64,000 nucleotides of DNA, taken from Octopus vulgaris (lineage: Eukaryota). The notes beneath the pieces were generated by a model that saw only the letters and a list, made by a program, of their open reading frames with translations, made no database searches and had not been told where the DNA came from. The first letter of the stretch is position 1; each line of letters opens with the position of its first letter. This document shows, piece by piece, positions 13,805 to 24,972 of this stretch. The position numbers were made by a program, and so were the translations under genes. The stretch is taken from NCBI GenBank assembly GCA_951406725.2, contig OX597815.1, positions 196,044,001 through 196,108,000 on the forward strand. Direction: 5' to 3'.

Positions 13805-14119
13805 TGTGGAGGCGCAATGGCCCAGTGGTTAGGGCAGCGGACTCGCGGTCGAAGGATCGCAGTTTCGATTCCCAGACCGGGCGATGTGAGTGTTTTTTGA
13901 ACAAAAACACATAAAGCTCCACGAGGACCCTACAGGGGGTGGTAGCGAACCCTGCTGTTTCTCTTTCGCCACAACTTTCTCTCACTCTTTCTTCTGTTGG
14001 CCTGCTCGCTTAGCCAGCGGGGTGGCGTCATTTGAAGGCTAAGACTATGCGAAGCGCATTGTGACCAGCGATGCGTAACAACATATGATAGCCTGGTCCG
14101 TCACGGTGATCACGGTGAT
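13805..14119 (+). mobile_element. SINE head C + tail 2 (RTE-derived tail)
   Basis: TSD atatcagtagt; tail matches 3' end of RTE fragment 42111-42430. Confidence 0.9.
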
Positions 14120-14556
14120 ATCAGTAGTAGTTTTCTTTAATACTCATACGGACACACGCATGCAGTACAAAATATGTTATCCAAAAATAAAGGCACCTAC
14201 AAAAAGCAATGGGGGAGGTTCGTGCATGTAATAGAAAGGTACTCGGTCATAAATGTAACAAAGGTTAAAATCAAATACATACAAATAAATAAGAGCACCC
14301 AGTTAATGCAGAAACTATTTAGGATCAAGTTGTATTAGAATGAGAATACATATTCTCACGAATTTGAGGACTTTATGTTCCTCACACAAGGAAACTACGA
14401 GGATTCTGTTTCCTAAGTTTGATTAGAGGATTTCTATATATATATTTGCCCTTTTCCGGTAATCGTTTCCATGTTCCACTTCCAGTATCATCACTATTAT
14501 ATATGTTCACTATTATATATATATAATATACACTTCTTAACGAAATCATAACAATA

Positions 14557-14605
14557 TTTTGAGAAATTTGAAAAGTTAAACACGAAACCGGTAATTTCTT
14601 CAAAA
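14557..14605 (+). ncRNA. Minimal hammerhead-like motif, U3-A8 core variant
   Basis: GAAAT-TTGAAAA-GT(taaac)AC-GAAA-CCGG-TA-ATTTC; stem I extends with a bulge (ttttgagaaat/atttcttcaaaa). Confidence 0.6.
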
Positions 14606-14756
14606 ACTATGTCACTGTATGAAAAGAATTTATAACATTTTTCTGACATAATGACTCAAATATATATTTTTTAACCTTTTAAAACAAGCCTTCTGTAGTT
14701 TTTTCACTTTTTACGATTTTCTATATATTCAACCACGTGCTTTCATATATATATAT

Positions 14757-14917
14757 GAGAAGGTTTGGAGATGATGTACAGGTATCATATACAAGAAGAA
14801 ATGAGGTACTCAGAATTCCGGATGGTTTTATACTTATACATATTTATTAGTATGCTATATATTTTTATACATCATATATCATATATTAACGATTTCGTCC
14901 ATTCCAGTGGAATCATC
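14757..14917 (-). mobile_element. (TA)n-flanked short element with 5'-truncated hammerhead
   Basis: Homologous to 18420-18600 (aaggtttggagatgatgtacaggtat...gaggtactcagaa); minus strand GATGA-tTCCA..TGGAc-GAAA-TCGTTA. Confidence 0.6.
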
Positions 14918-14923
14918 TATCTA

Positions 14924-14973
<50 letters not shown>

Positions 14974-15106
14974 CTGTGTGTGTACATGTGTGTGATCCAT
15001 GAGTGTGGGAGTGACATTTTCGGTTATAAAAGTTTTGTCTGTGAGCATTCTGTACCTCCGATTAAATTGATTGCAATAATTTGCTTTACACACACACACA
15101 AACACA

Positions 15107-15164
<58 letters not shown>

Positions 15165-15277
15165 CATATATAAATCACACATGTCTAATCGAATGTCAGC
15201 AGAAACAGAGAGAGCAAGGAATAGAGAGATGGCTATATTATGTGCATGATTTTACACGAAAATTCTTTCATTATTTT

Positions 15278-15429
15278 ATTTGACTGTAGCCATGCTGGAG
15301 CACCGCCTTTAGTCGAACAAATCGACCCCATGATTTATTCTTTGTAAGCCTAGTACTCATTCTACCGGTCTCTTTTCTATCCCCACAACCGATAGTGGGG
15401 GACAAACACACATACACATACACACACAT

Positions 15430-15460
<31 letters not shown>

Positions 15461-15618
15461 CATATACGACGGGCTTCTTTCAGTTTCCGTCTACCAAATC
15501 CACTCACAAGGCGTTGCTCGGCACGAGGCTATAGTAGAAGACCCTTGCCCAAGGTACAACGCACTGAGACTGAAACCCGTCGGAACCATGTGGTTACCAC
15601 ACAGCTACTCCTGCGCCT
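15278..15618 (-). mobile_element. SINE family A (internal deletions)
   Basis: Homology to other A copies. Confidence 0.9.
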
Positions 15619-15924
15619 ATATAAGAAATATTTAAATATATTTGAGAATGTGTCTAAAAACAAAAAAATAGAGTGTACCACTATTGGTTTCAAATTTTGT
15701 CACAAAGCCTGCAATATCACCAGTTAATCCATGACATCGACTCTAGTGCAGAACTGGCACTCGTTTTATCGACCACGAAAAGAAAAATCGACATTGGCGG
15801 AATATGAATTTAGAACCCAAAAACCGAGACGATGCTGCTAAGCAGCCTGCCTGGCACGCTACCGATTTTGCCAGATCACCGTCATGGGGGGTAATTAGTA
15901 TTAGTCAAATAGACTAGTCAAAAA

Positions 15925-16523
15925 GGCGGCAAGCTGGCAGAAACGTTAGCACGCCGGGCGAAATGCTTAGCGGTATTTCGTCTGCCGCTACGTTCTGAGT
16001 TCAAATTCCGCCGAGGTCGACTTTGCCTTTCATCCTTTCGGGGTCGATAAATTAAGTACCAGTTACGGACTGGGGTCGATATAATCGACTTAATACGTTT
16101 GTCTGTCCTTGTTCGTCCCCTCTGTGTTTAGCCCCTTGTGGGTAGTAAAGAAATAGGTATTTCGTCTGCCGCTACGTTCTGAGTTCAAATTCCGCCGAGG
16201 TCGACTTTGCTTTTCATCCTCTCGGGGTCGATAAATTAAGTACCAGTTACTCACTGGGGTCGATATAATCGACTTAATCCGTTTGTCTGTCCTTGTTCGT
16301 CCCCTCTGTGTTTAGCCCCTTGTGGGTAGTAAAGAAATAGGTATTTCGTCTGCCGATACGTTCTGAGTTCAAATTCCGCCGAGGTCGACTTTGCCTTTCA
16401 TCCTTTCGGGGTCGATAAATTAAGTACCAGTTACTCACTGGGGTCGATGTAATCAACTTAATCCGTTTGTCTGTCCTTGTTTGTCCCCTCTGTGTCTAGA
16501 CACTTGTGGGTAGTAAAGAAATA
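15925..16523 (+). mobile_element. Meta-domain SINE trimer
   Basis: One head plus three ~184-bp units; TSD agtattagtcaaatagac. Confidence 0.92.
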
Positions 16524-17000
16524 AGTATTAGTCAAATAGACGAGTCGATTGTATCTATTAAAATTCGGTGGAATCCTGGCTTGACAAACCGTATCGCTGA
16601 AACTTTGAAGTTGCTCTGTAACTCGTGGTCATCCCGATTTATTGGAGATTTTGCCCATTTTTCAATATGCTATAATTATGGTGGTAGGTTGTAGGATGTG
16701 AAAGATTTGACAGTTAAAACTATCAGGTTTTTGTTACGAAGAGTCAGGTTTTGCCTGATTGATAACGACTATGGTTTAAAGTTTTTTTTATTCAATGCCA
16801 CCCCATATTTTTCTTAAATATAGTTGAGTGATTTCGGCTGCTAATTTCTGATTCTCCAGAGATCGACTAAAACTATAACATTTGCTATAAATTAGGAAAG
16901 TTTGTAAGGAACTTGTAAAAATTGCAAAAATACTGTCGAAGGAAATAAAGTTGGGTTTATATACTGACAGAAAGATATATACACACAGGAAACTAGTGAA

Positions 17001-17031
<31 letters not shown>

Positions 17032-17480
17032 CATACATACATAGACAGACAGACAGACAGACAGACAGAGAGAAAGAGAGAGAGGCAGGTAATGAGTTAT
17101 GTTCTGCTTCAGAAGACGCAAAATTTGTCGAGAATACAAAGCATTCATGTCATTCCGCCCTTATAGATTACAAAACCATATACTCACCAAGTTTTCTTGA
17201 CTATTTAACGCATGCCTTCACACTAACACAAAGATACGCACGCACACACACACACACTCTCTCTCACACACACGAACACAAACATAAACACAAATGCTAA
17301 CACGGATATACATGCAACATTACAGTTGCTTTCCAAAACATGGATTGTTTGAATTGATTGCTGGAGGACATATTCCAAGAATATACTCACAGGAATATAC
17401 ATATGAGGTGTTACACATACACGCAGACATATGTATATATGTGTGTATGTGTGTGTGTGTGTATAAGTCTTTTTTTTAAA

Positions 17481-17869
17481 ACTTGTTTCAGTCATTTGAC
17501 TTTGGCCATGCTGGAGCACCGCCTTTAGTCGAGCAAATCGAACCCAGGACTTATTCTTTGCAAGTCTAGTACTTATTCTATATGTCTCTTTCGCGGAACC
17601 GCTAAGTTACGGGGACGTAAACACACCAGCATTGGTTGTCAAGCGATGTTAGGGGGACAAAGACACACAAACATATACACACACACACATACATACATAT
17701 ATATACGGCGGGCTTCTTTCAATTTCCACCTACCAAATCCACTCACAAGGCATTGGTCGGTCCGAGGCTATAGTAGAAGACACTTGCCGAAGGTGCCACG
17801 CAGTGAGACTGAACCCGGTACCATGTGGTTGGTAAGCAAACTTCTTACCACACAGCCACTCCTGCGCCT
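17481..17869 (-). mobile_element. SINE family A
   Basis: Homology to other A copies. Confidence 0.9.
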
Positions 17870-18317
17870 AGTTATATATACATAGATATAACATAATAAA
17901 AATAGTAATAATATTAATAACAGATAATATATATGCATATATGGGTACAGGACGTCACGAACTGTGCAAACAACATGAAATACGTAAATGAGTTAAATAA
18001 GTAAACAACGGAAAAATGGAAAACAGGACAAGTAAACAAAGAGAAAGGATACTTCATAAGTTGTCAGCTGTCTATCTACTCCACATTTCAAGCATTCAAC
18101 GACAATATGAATCTTCAAAGACAATTGCTCCACTGAATTCTAAAATAAGATATCAGGATTTATGGAGGGTCAAAATTTGGGAACAAAAGCAGGACAGTGG
18201 AGACATACAGACAGGGAAACCGAACCGAAACAAACTTTGAGGATCGTTAGACCAGAGCGAGAAGAAAATAGTGAACGCTGGGCATAGTATTTTCTTTGAA
18301 AAGAGAAATGATAGAAG

Positions 18318-18361
<44 letters not shown>

Positions 18362-18419
18362 CGCTTGACCACTACAAACTCAATACCACTATAAAATGGT
18401 CAAAACTTTTCACACAGGA

Positions 18420-18600
18420 ACTTAATTTGATTTGAAAACCCCACTAGAATGGGAGAAAGCGCTAATACATGATCTAAGTTATATGATGTATAAAAAATGT
18501 AATATACAAATAAATATCTGTAAAATATAAACCATCCGATTTTCTGAGTACCTCATTTCTTCTAATATAAAATACCTGTACATCATCTCCAAACCTTATA
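18420..18600 (+). mobile_element. (TA)n-flanked short element with U3-A8 hammerhead-like motif (18428-18469)
   Basis: AT-TTGAAAA-cCCCA(ctagaa)TGGGa-GAAA-GCGC-TA-AT; palindromic stem III AGCGCT; weak stem I. Confidence 0.55.
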
Positions 18601-19162
18601 TATATATATATCACAAACATATTACACAAGGTATATCCAAGGATCTCACAAAGATAGATTTTGCATAGAACCAGCCAAATAAAGAACCATGCATATTTTG
18701 CAATGAAATCGTAAATACTTTTCACTCACTAAGCTCCGTACTTAACAACACACTCAGGTCAGGTCTATTATGTGTCATTCATTAAGCTGGCTTACATTTT
18801 ATTTCATTTATTTATCTATTTTGGCTTTTTACCTATTTCGTCACTCACATGATCATTCTCGGTATTTGCAAGATAAGCATCAAAGGCTGTAGCAAAAGAT
18901 TTCACGATTTATTATTTTTTTCTTTTTGCTTTTTCATTCAACATAAGTTTCAAACTTAAATTCTCTAAGTTTAGAACTGATGTAGTTCGTGGCGTACCAC
19001 TGTTGATAGACAAAACTATGTGTTAGACATCGTTTCTGTTGTAAAAATACATTAGTTAAATAACTACCGTAACTTAATAACTCTATGTGAGGATCGACAT
19101 AGGTTTAAAAAAAAATACCTGTAGATTTAGAATAGTCCCACTTCACAAGCGCAAATTTAAAT

Positions 19163-19410
19163 GGGCATATGGCGTAGTGGTTAAGAGCGTGGACTACTAA
19201 CCCCAATATTCCGACTTCGATTCCAGGCAGTGACCTGAATAATAATAATAAGAAGAAGAAGAACAACAACATCGAAAAATACCTTAGGAATGAGAACCCA
19301 GGTTTCGAAATTTCCCCAAGACACCTGATGAAGCCTGGAGGGTGTATCAGCCGAAACGTTGTGTTTAGAACAAACAAGATGAGGACAAATATCCGTCAAA
19401 TGTAAATATT

Positions 19411-19414
<4 letters not shown>
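19163..19414 (+). mobile_element. SINE family E: tRNA head + hammerhead-containing tail
   Basis: A-box TGGCGTAGTGG, B-box-like acttcgattcc, (aat)/(aag)/(aac) linker, then HHR motif and tgtaaata tail; second tail copy at 60625-60740. Confidence 0.8.
19320..19365 (+). ncRNA. Minimal hammerhead ribozyme motif, canonical core
   Basis: GACAC-CTGATGA-a-GcCTGG(agggtgta)TCAGcC-GAAA-C-GTT-GTGTT; palindromic stem III ACGT. Confidence 0.7.
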
Positions 19415-19448
<34 letters not shown>

Positions 19449-19836
19449 ACACACACATATATATATATATATAAACTTACTTGGAAGGTAGCTATGCAGA
19501 TATCTCTTTGTCGCTTTCGAAAATGGGGCTCCACGTAATCGATCTTCCACATTGAATTAACATTCCACAGGGACCTGTCTCTTACTATAATTCTCTGACT
19601 GCATTTGTGTAACACTGTGTGAGACAAGCTGTACCTTTGAATTACTAATCGAAACCATGCGAAGGGCTTCTCTACCGATATATCTCTACCCCGTTCTATT
19701 GACAAAGTATACGATCAACTTGACTCTACACTAAATGATATTCGACGGTTTTGTCACATAGTGGAAGGCAAATGTGTCTGTGCAGTGAACTTTAAACTAT
19801 TTCGCCATTCAAACTTATCTAATGTACATACATATT

Positions 19837-19869
<33 letters not shown>

Positions 19870-20595
19870 ATGTGTACATTTATCTATCTATCTAGCTGTC
19901 TATTTCTGTCTCTCCCCTTCTTTATATACACACACAAACACACATACAACCACACACACTTACACACACACACACAGACATATATTGCATAAATATAGTC
20001 ATCATGTATACATTTAGGTTTCCATCTGTCAGTGCACGAATATCTATATAGACGTACATCAGTCTTGCATACACATACACATTGATAAATACATAAGCAC
20101 ACACACACAGACACTCGTGTCTGTCTGTGTGTGTTTGTACGTATATATATATATATATATATATATATTTACGTATGCATCTATGTATGTTTGTGTGTAT
20201 CTATGCATGTACTTACTCTCATATCCATCCATCCATACATGCATTAATATACGGATGCATGTAACTGTACGAGTGCGCATGTCTGTGAGTGTTTGCATCA
20301 ATGTGTCCTAATTTTACTCTCTCTAATTGCTGGCGAATGTGAAAGTAAACTGTAAATATCAAAGAACATTACGTAACCGACGCTTAGTATGTCACACACA
20401 ATCACAGACACACGTAAACTCATACGTACTCTTACACATGTACACCTATATACTCAATAGATCATTACATCACAGACATGAAAGACTTCTGTCAACATCC
20501 TAAACACGACTTACCATACTAAATAATTTGTTACAGGATGCATTAATGATGCTTATAGATGAAGCACACACACACACACACACACAACACACACA

Positions 20596-20655
<60 letters not shown>

Positions 20656-20657
<2 letters not shown>

Positions 20658-20891
20658 GGAGTAAACACATAAATGTGAAACAAGGTGGAAAAAAGAGTAC
20701 TCAAATACCAGTGGTAGAGTAATATGCTTTATTTAAAGCAGCAGAAAATTCAACAAAACCTGTTACTCTGAGTTTCCCGTTGCCGTTCATCGGACAGTTT
20801 TTGCTAGAATTCTAGCAACAACTGTCCGATGAACGGCAACGGAAACTCAGAGTAACAGATTTTGTTGAATTTTCTGGTGCTTTAAATAAAG

Positions 20892-20896
<5 letters not shown>
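20656..20896. mobile_element. Fold-back element with two opposed hammerhead-like motifs
   Basis: Near-perfect ~87-bp arms (20722-20896) centred on ctagaattctag; each arm CTGT-CCGATGA-aCG(gcaa)CG-GAAA-CTCaGAG-TA-ACAG; (TA)n on both sides. Confidence 0.8.
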
Positions 20897-20958
<62 letters not shown>

Positions 20959-21129
20959 CACATTATGTTATAATATGCACTCGTGTCTATGAACTTTGCT
21001 GTGCAGGATGATACGCATAAGTGTTCAGATATACGTTTTTAGACTATATACTTTGAAATTACGTATACATATACAAATATACTATGCAATTTTCTATAGA
21101 TGAGCGAAACGTATACACGCGTACATGTG

Positions 21130-21530
21130 TCCGTGTATATATTTTTATATGTATTTATATATGAGTATGTACATGTATGTATATTTATACATAAATATAT
21201 ATAAATATACAAGGTGTATATTTATATATGTATTCATATATGAGTATGTACATGTATGTATACATATGTATATTTATACATAAGTATATATAAATATACA
21301 AGGTGTATATTTATATATGTATTTATGTATGAGTATGTACATATATGTATACATATGTATATTTATACATAAGTATATATTTATACATACGTATATATAA
21401 ATAGACAACAGTAAATATACAAGGTGTATAATTATATATGTATTTATATATGAGTACGTACATGTACGTATACATATGTATATTTATACATAAGTATATA
21501 TAAATATACGAGGTGTATATTTATATATTA
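21130..21530. repeat. AT-rich minisatellite (~89-bp unit, ~4 copies)
   Basis: aaatatacaaggtgtata recurs near 21203, 21292, 21413, 21502. Confidence 0.85.
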
Positions 21531-22143
21531 CAGACATACTGATGCACTTGCCTATTTCGTTGTTAATTATATAAACTATCGTTACATTGCAGTTCTGTTG
21601 ACTGTACTCGGACTCATTCATTTCTGCTACTTGTCTAATAAATACCACCGTTTGATTTAGTCATCGTCGTATGTGGGTAAATGTGTAGAATTAGGCTGTT
21701 AAAACACATTTTCTATCTAATGGCAAATGTTTTACTCATAGAACTTGCTGGCTGCTGAAATTGCCGGTGCTGCTACTACTGTAGCTAAATAAACAAACAT
21801 CAGAGACCATCTCCAAATGAAGACCATTTTACTGTCTGACTTACCAATAAGAGCAAACAATTGGGTCACAGACATATTTCTTTGCTTTCTCTCACATTTC
21901 CACAACTACTGAAACTATTTCAACCAATACGCTGTGTATCAACAGCATCTTCACTCATTATTCCTGCAGTACTCTGCGCTTTCTGTTTCCCACTACTCAT
22001 TCTTTCTTTGCCAGAGAATATTAAGGAGATTTTAAGCGATCCATCGACATGCTGGAAATAACAAATCCTTCATTCTTAAATCGCACACACTACCGCCTCG
22101 AAGACAAGAAGGGATAAAATATAGGGGATAGTTGGTGTAATTT

Positions 22144-22570
22144 TTACTTGTAATTGTACTTGTACTTGTGACGGCGTTCACTCAGGACGGGTTGAGCCGG
22201 CTTCTTCTCTGGTCCTAACGGCATCGCGTACCATGGCGGCCCACGCTCGACGGTCCCGGGCGAGATCACTGGAGATAGCGAGCCATTCGAGGTTCCATCC
22301 GCGCAGACCGACCACCTGCGAACCTGAGAGTTCGAAGACATCCTCCTTTATTGTCGTTGCCCAAGTCTTCGGCTGTCCGCCCGTGCGTTTGCGCCAGCTG
22401 GGAAGTGGAAGTGGTAGGAGGACATCGCGAATCAGCTCACCCTCTGGACGCCAGGCAGCATGACTGAATCACCTTAAGCGCCGTTGTAGAAGCACCGAGG
22501 GGAGGGGCCGGAGATTCGGGCGATGACGAAAACCGGCTGTGGGAACCCGATCAATGTGTCGGCATTCTTT
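22144..22570 (-). mobile_element. RTE-clade LINE 3' fragment (decayed ORF)
   Basis: Manual translation LLQRRLR*FSHAAWRPEGELIRDVLLP..WRKRTGGQPKTWATTIKED..LARDRRAWAAMVRD; (acaagt)n tail. Confidence 0.85.
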
Positions 22571-22675
22571 TATGAATCCTAATACTACCATGTAATTTTT
22601 ACGCAGTGACGGTAGCCTACACGGTGAAATGACCTGATCTGGATTAGGAGTATGGTTAGTTTTATTATCCAAAAG

Positions 22676-22783
22676 CCTAACCCGAATCCTAAAACCTAAC
22701 TCTTATAGTAAGGGTTAAGATTTAGGGTTAGGGTTTGGGGTTGGGGTTAAGGATTAGGGTTGGGGGTTTAAAGTTAGGGTTAG
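22676..22783. repeat. Degenerate inverted interstitial telomere-like repeats
   Basis: cctaac-like units followed by ttaggg/ttgggg units. Confidence 0.7.
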
Positions 22784-23075
22784 AATGCATGCTAAAGGGT
22801 AAACGGCCAGAAAGACCGTACACTAAAGTGGCATCGGATAATGTTGTCTAAATATTAAAAAAGAAGTTATGACCATTAGTGAACTATCTTTGGTCTGTTT
22901 AATCAAGGCGGACTTACGGCTATACATCATTACCATTTCCGAATCTTTACTGCGATAACACCAGCTTCCAAGGTCTTGTGAAGATGAATGGAAGTTCAAT
23001 GGTCATGGAGTTTACGCATACTCTATCAGTTAATTGTTTACTCATACTCAATACTACACATAACCTCTCTCTTAG

Positions 23076-23418
23076 TTACTCTTTTACTCTTTTACTTGTT
23101 TCAGTCATTTGACTGCGACCATGCTGGAGCACCGCCTTTAATCGAGCAACTCGGACATAAACACACCAACATCGGTAGTCAAGCGATGTTGGATGGGACA
23201 AATACAGACACACAAACATACACACACACACATACCTATATATACACATATATACGACGGGCTTCTTTCAGTTTCCGTCTACCAAATCCACTCACAAGGC
23301 ATTGGTCGGCCCGGGGCTATAGCAGAAGACACTTGCCCAAGGTGCCACGCAGTGGGACTGAACCCGGAACCATGTAGTTGGTAAGCAAGCTACTTACCAC
23401 ACAGCCACTCCTGCGCCT
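23076..23418 (-). mobile_element. SINE family A (internal deletion)
   Basis: Homology to other A copies. Confidence 0.9.
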
Positions 23419-23809
23419 ATATATAGATATTGCACAAAATTAAATGTCAGTGTAAAAAAATTTGTTATGTTATAGTCACTACCAGACTAATGAAATGAGT
23501 AGACTCAGAATAAAATCGATGAGTCAGAAACAAAAGGTTTTCCATCAAGCATTTCGTTTCTCCTAAGTGTTGTTATGTTGTTGTTGTATTTTTATGTGTG
23601 AGGCAACAGGGTTTGAAGTACAGTTCGACTGATTTCGAAAACAGACTAGACTCAGGTTTTAAACGAAGATGAGACAGTATGAGGGAACTCGACTGAAGAT
23701 AGAAAACTCTGAATGACCAGTTCTTGTTTTTCCTGTCCTTTTTTTGTATCGTCTTACTGTCCAGATGTTTTGCTGTCGCCTGTTACATTCTTGTTCCATT
23801 TTTTGTTTT

Positions 23810-23873
<64 letters not shown>

Positions 23874-23877
23874 GTTA

Positions 23878-24192
23878 GGTTATGCGTATGTGTGTGTATG
23901 ATTCTTGGCACTTAGGCGTAAACAAATGTGCAGAGAAATATAATACATCTATCTATTCATATCTATATGTAAGCATATAAATGAATGTATATGTAGACTA
24001 GCATTTGTATATTTAGAGGTACACATACACACACAGAAAGAGAGAGAGAGAGAGAGGGACAGAGATAGAATCAATAGGCTCACTCAATACCCTATCTACT
24101 TGTTATTGACACTGAAAACAATTCGATTATATTTCTCTGCGCAATTGTTTACGCCTAAGTGCGAAGAATCATGCATACACATTCGCATAACC
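23878..24192. repeat. Inverted repeat, ~68-bp arms with ~180-bp spacer
   Basis: ggttatgcg..tgattctt.gcacttaggcgtaaacaa..gcagagaaatataat and its reverse complement at 24126-24192. Confidence 0.75.
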
Positions 24193-24972
24193 AGACACAC
24201 TGATACACATATACACACGCACATACATACATATATATGACTCATACACTGTGTAATTTTCTTAGAGATCGGAAGAAATCTAAGAACTGTTATGTAACCA
24301 CGATGTTGATGTTTGCATTGTTTGTGTTGTTGTTGCTCTCGTTGTTGTTCTCAGCTTCTTTTTAAGCTATCATTCAACAGCGATCGAACATGCAGCTCAG
24401 TGATCAAAGGACTTCGATCCTTTATTCCATGGCATGAACTATGTAAAGAGCAGAATACATTACATAATGTGACCTCATTTTTTTTTTTGTTTTTGTTTCA
24501 TTCATGTAGCGTGTACATTAATATGTAGGCGGGTGATGAATTGATGACAATTTGACAGTTATTTTTAGCGGGTCTCCGAGGCGGAGCAGAATGGGAGGAA
24601 TTTATCATGAAACCGGAAACACGTTTTCAATGCTTCGCGGCGAATGGAATCTCAAAAACAGGCATCGAGGGTGCTAAGCAGTGATGTTAATCCAGGAAAC
24701 GGATTAAGTTAATTTAGTTTCAGTTTTAATGATTTTGCTGTAACTATATTTAGTTTGACATATTTCTTTCTTCCTATGATTTTTTTCTCAGCCTCTGAAC
24801 TGACCCTGATCGACCACACGTAGGATCAAAATATGTACAATTCAACTTCACTAATATTCACATTTTTGTACAAAATATCATTTATACCTGACTACATGAT
24901 GTAATGTGCTCAAAGGTGTAGTTTGAGAGAAATTTGAATGCGCTTTGTAAGAAGGTGATGTGACTACTTTCT

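Noticed and set aside
13805-13880. SINE heads as functional tRNA genes
   Set aside because: Boxes are present but cloverleafs are incomplete and run into SINE bodies with TSDs
14357-14410. Additional HHR-like traces (also 48045-48085, 51235-51280, 51709-51772)
   Set aside because: Too many core or cleavage-site mismatches to distinguish from chance by eye
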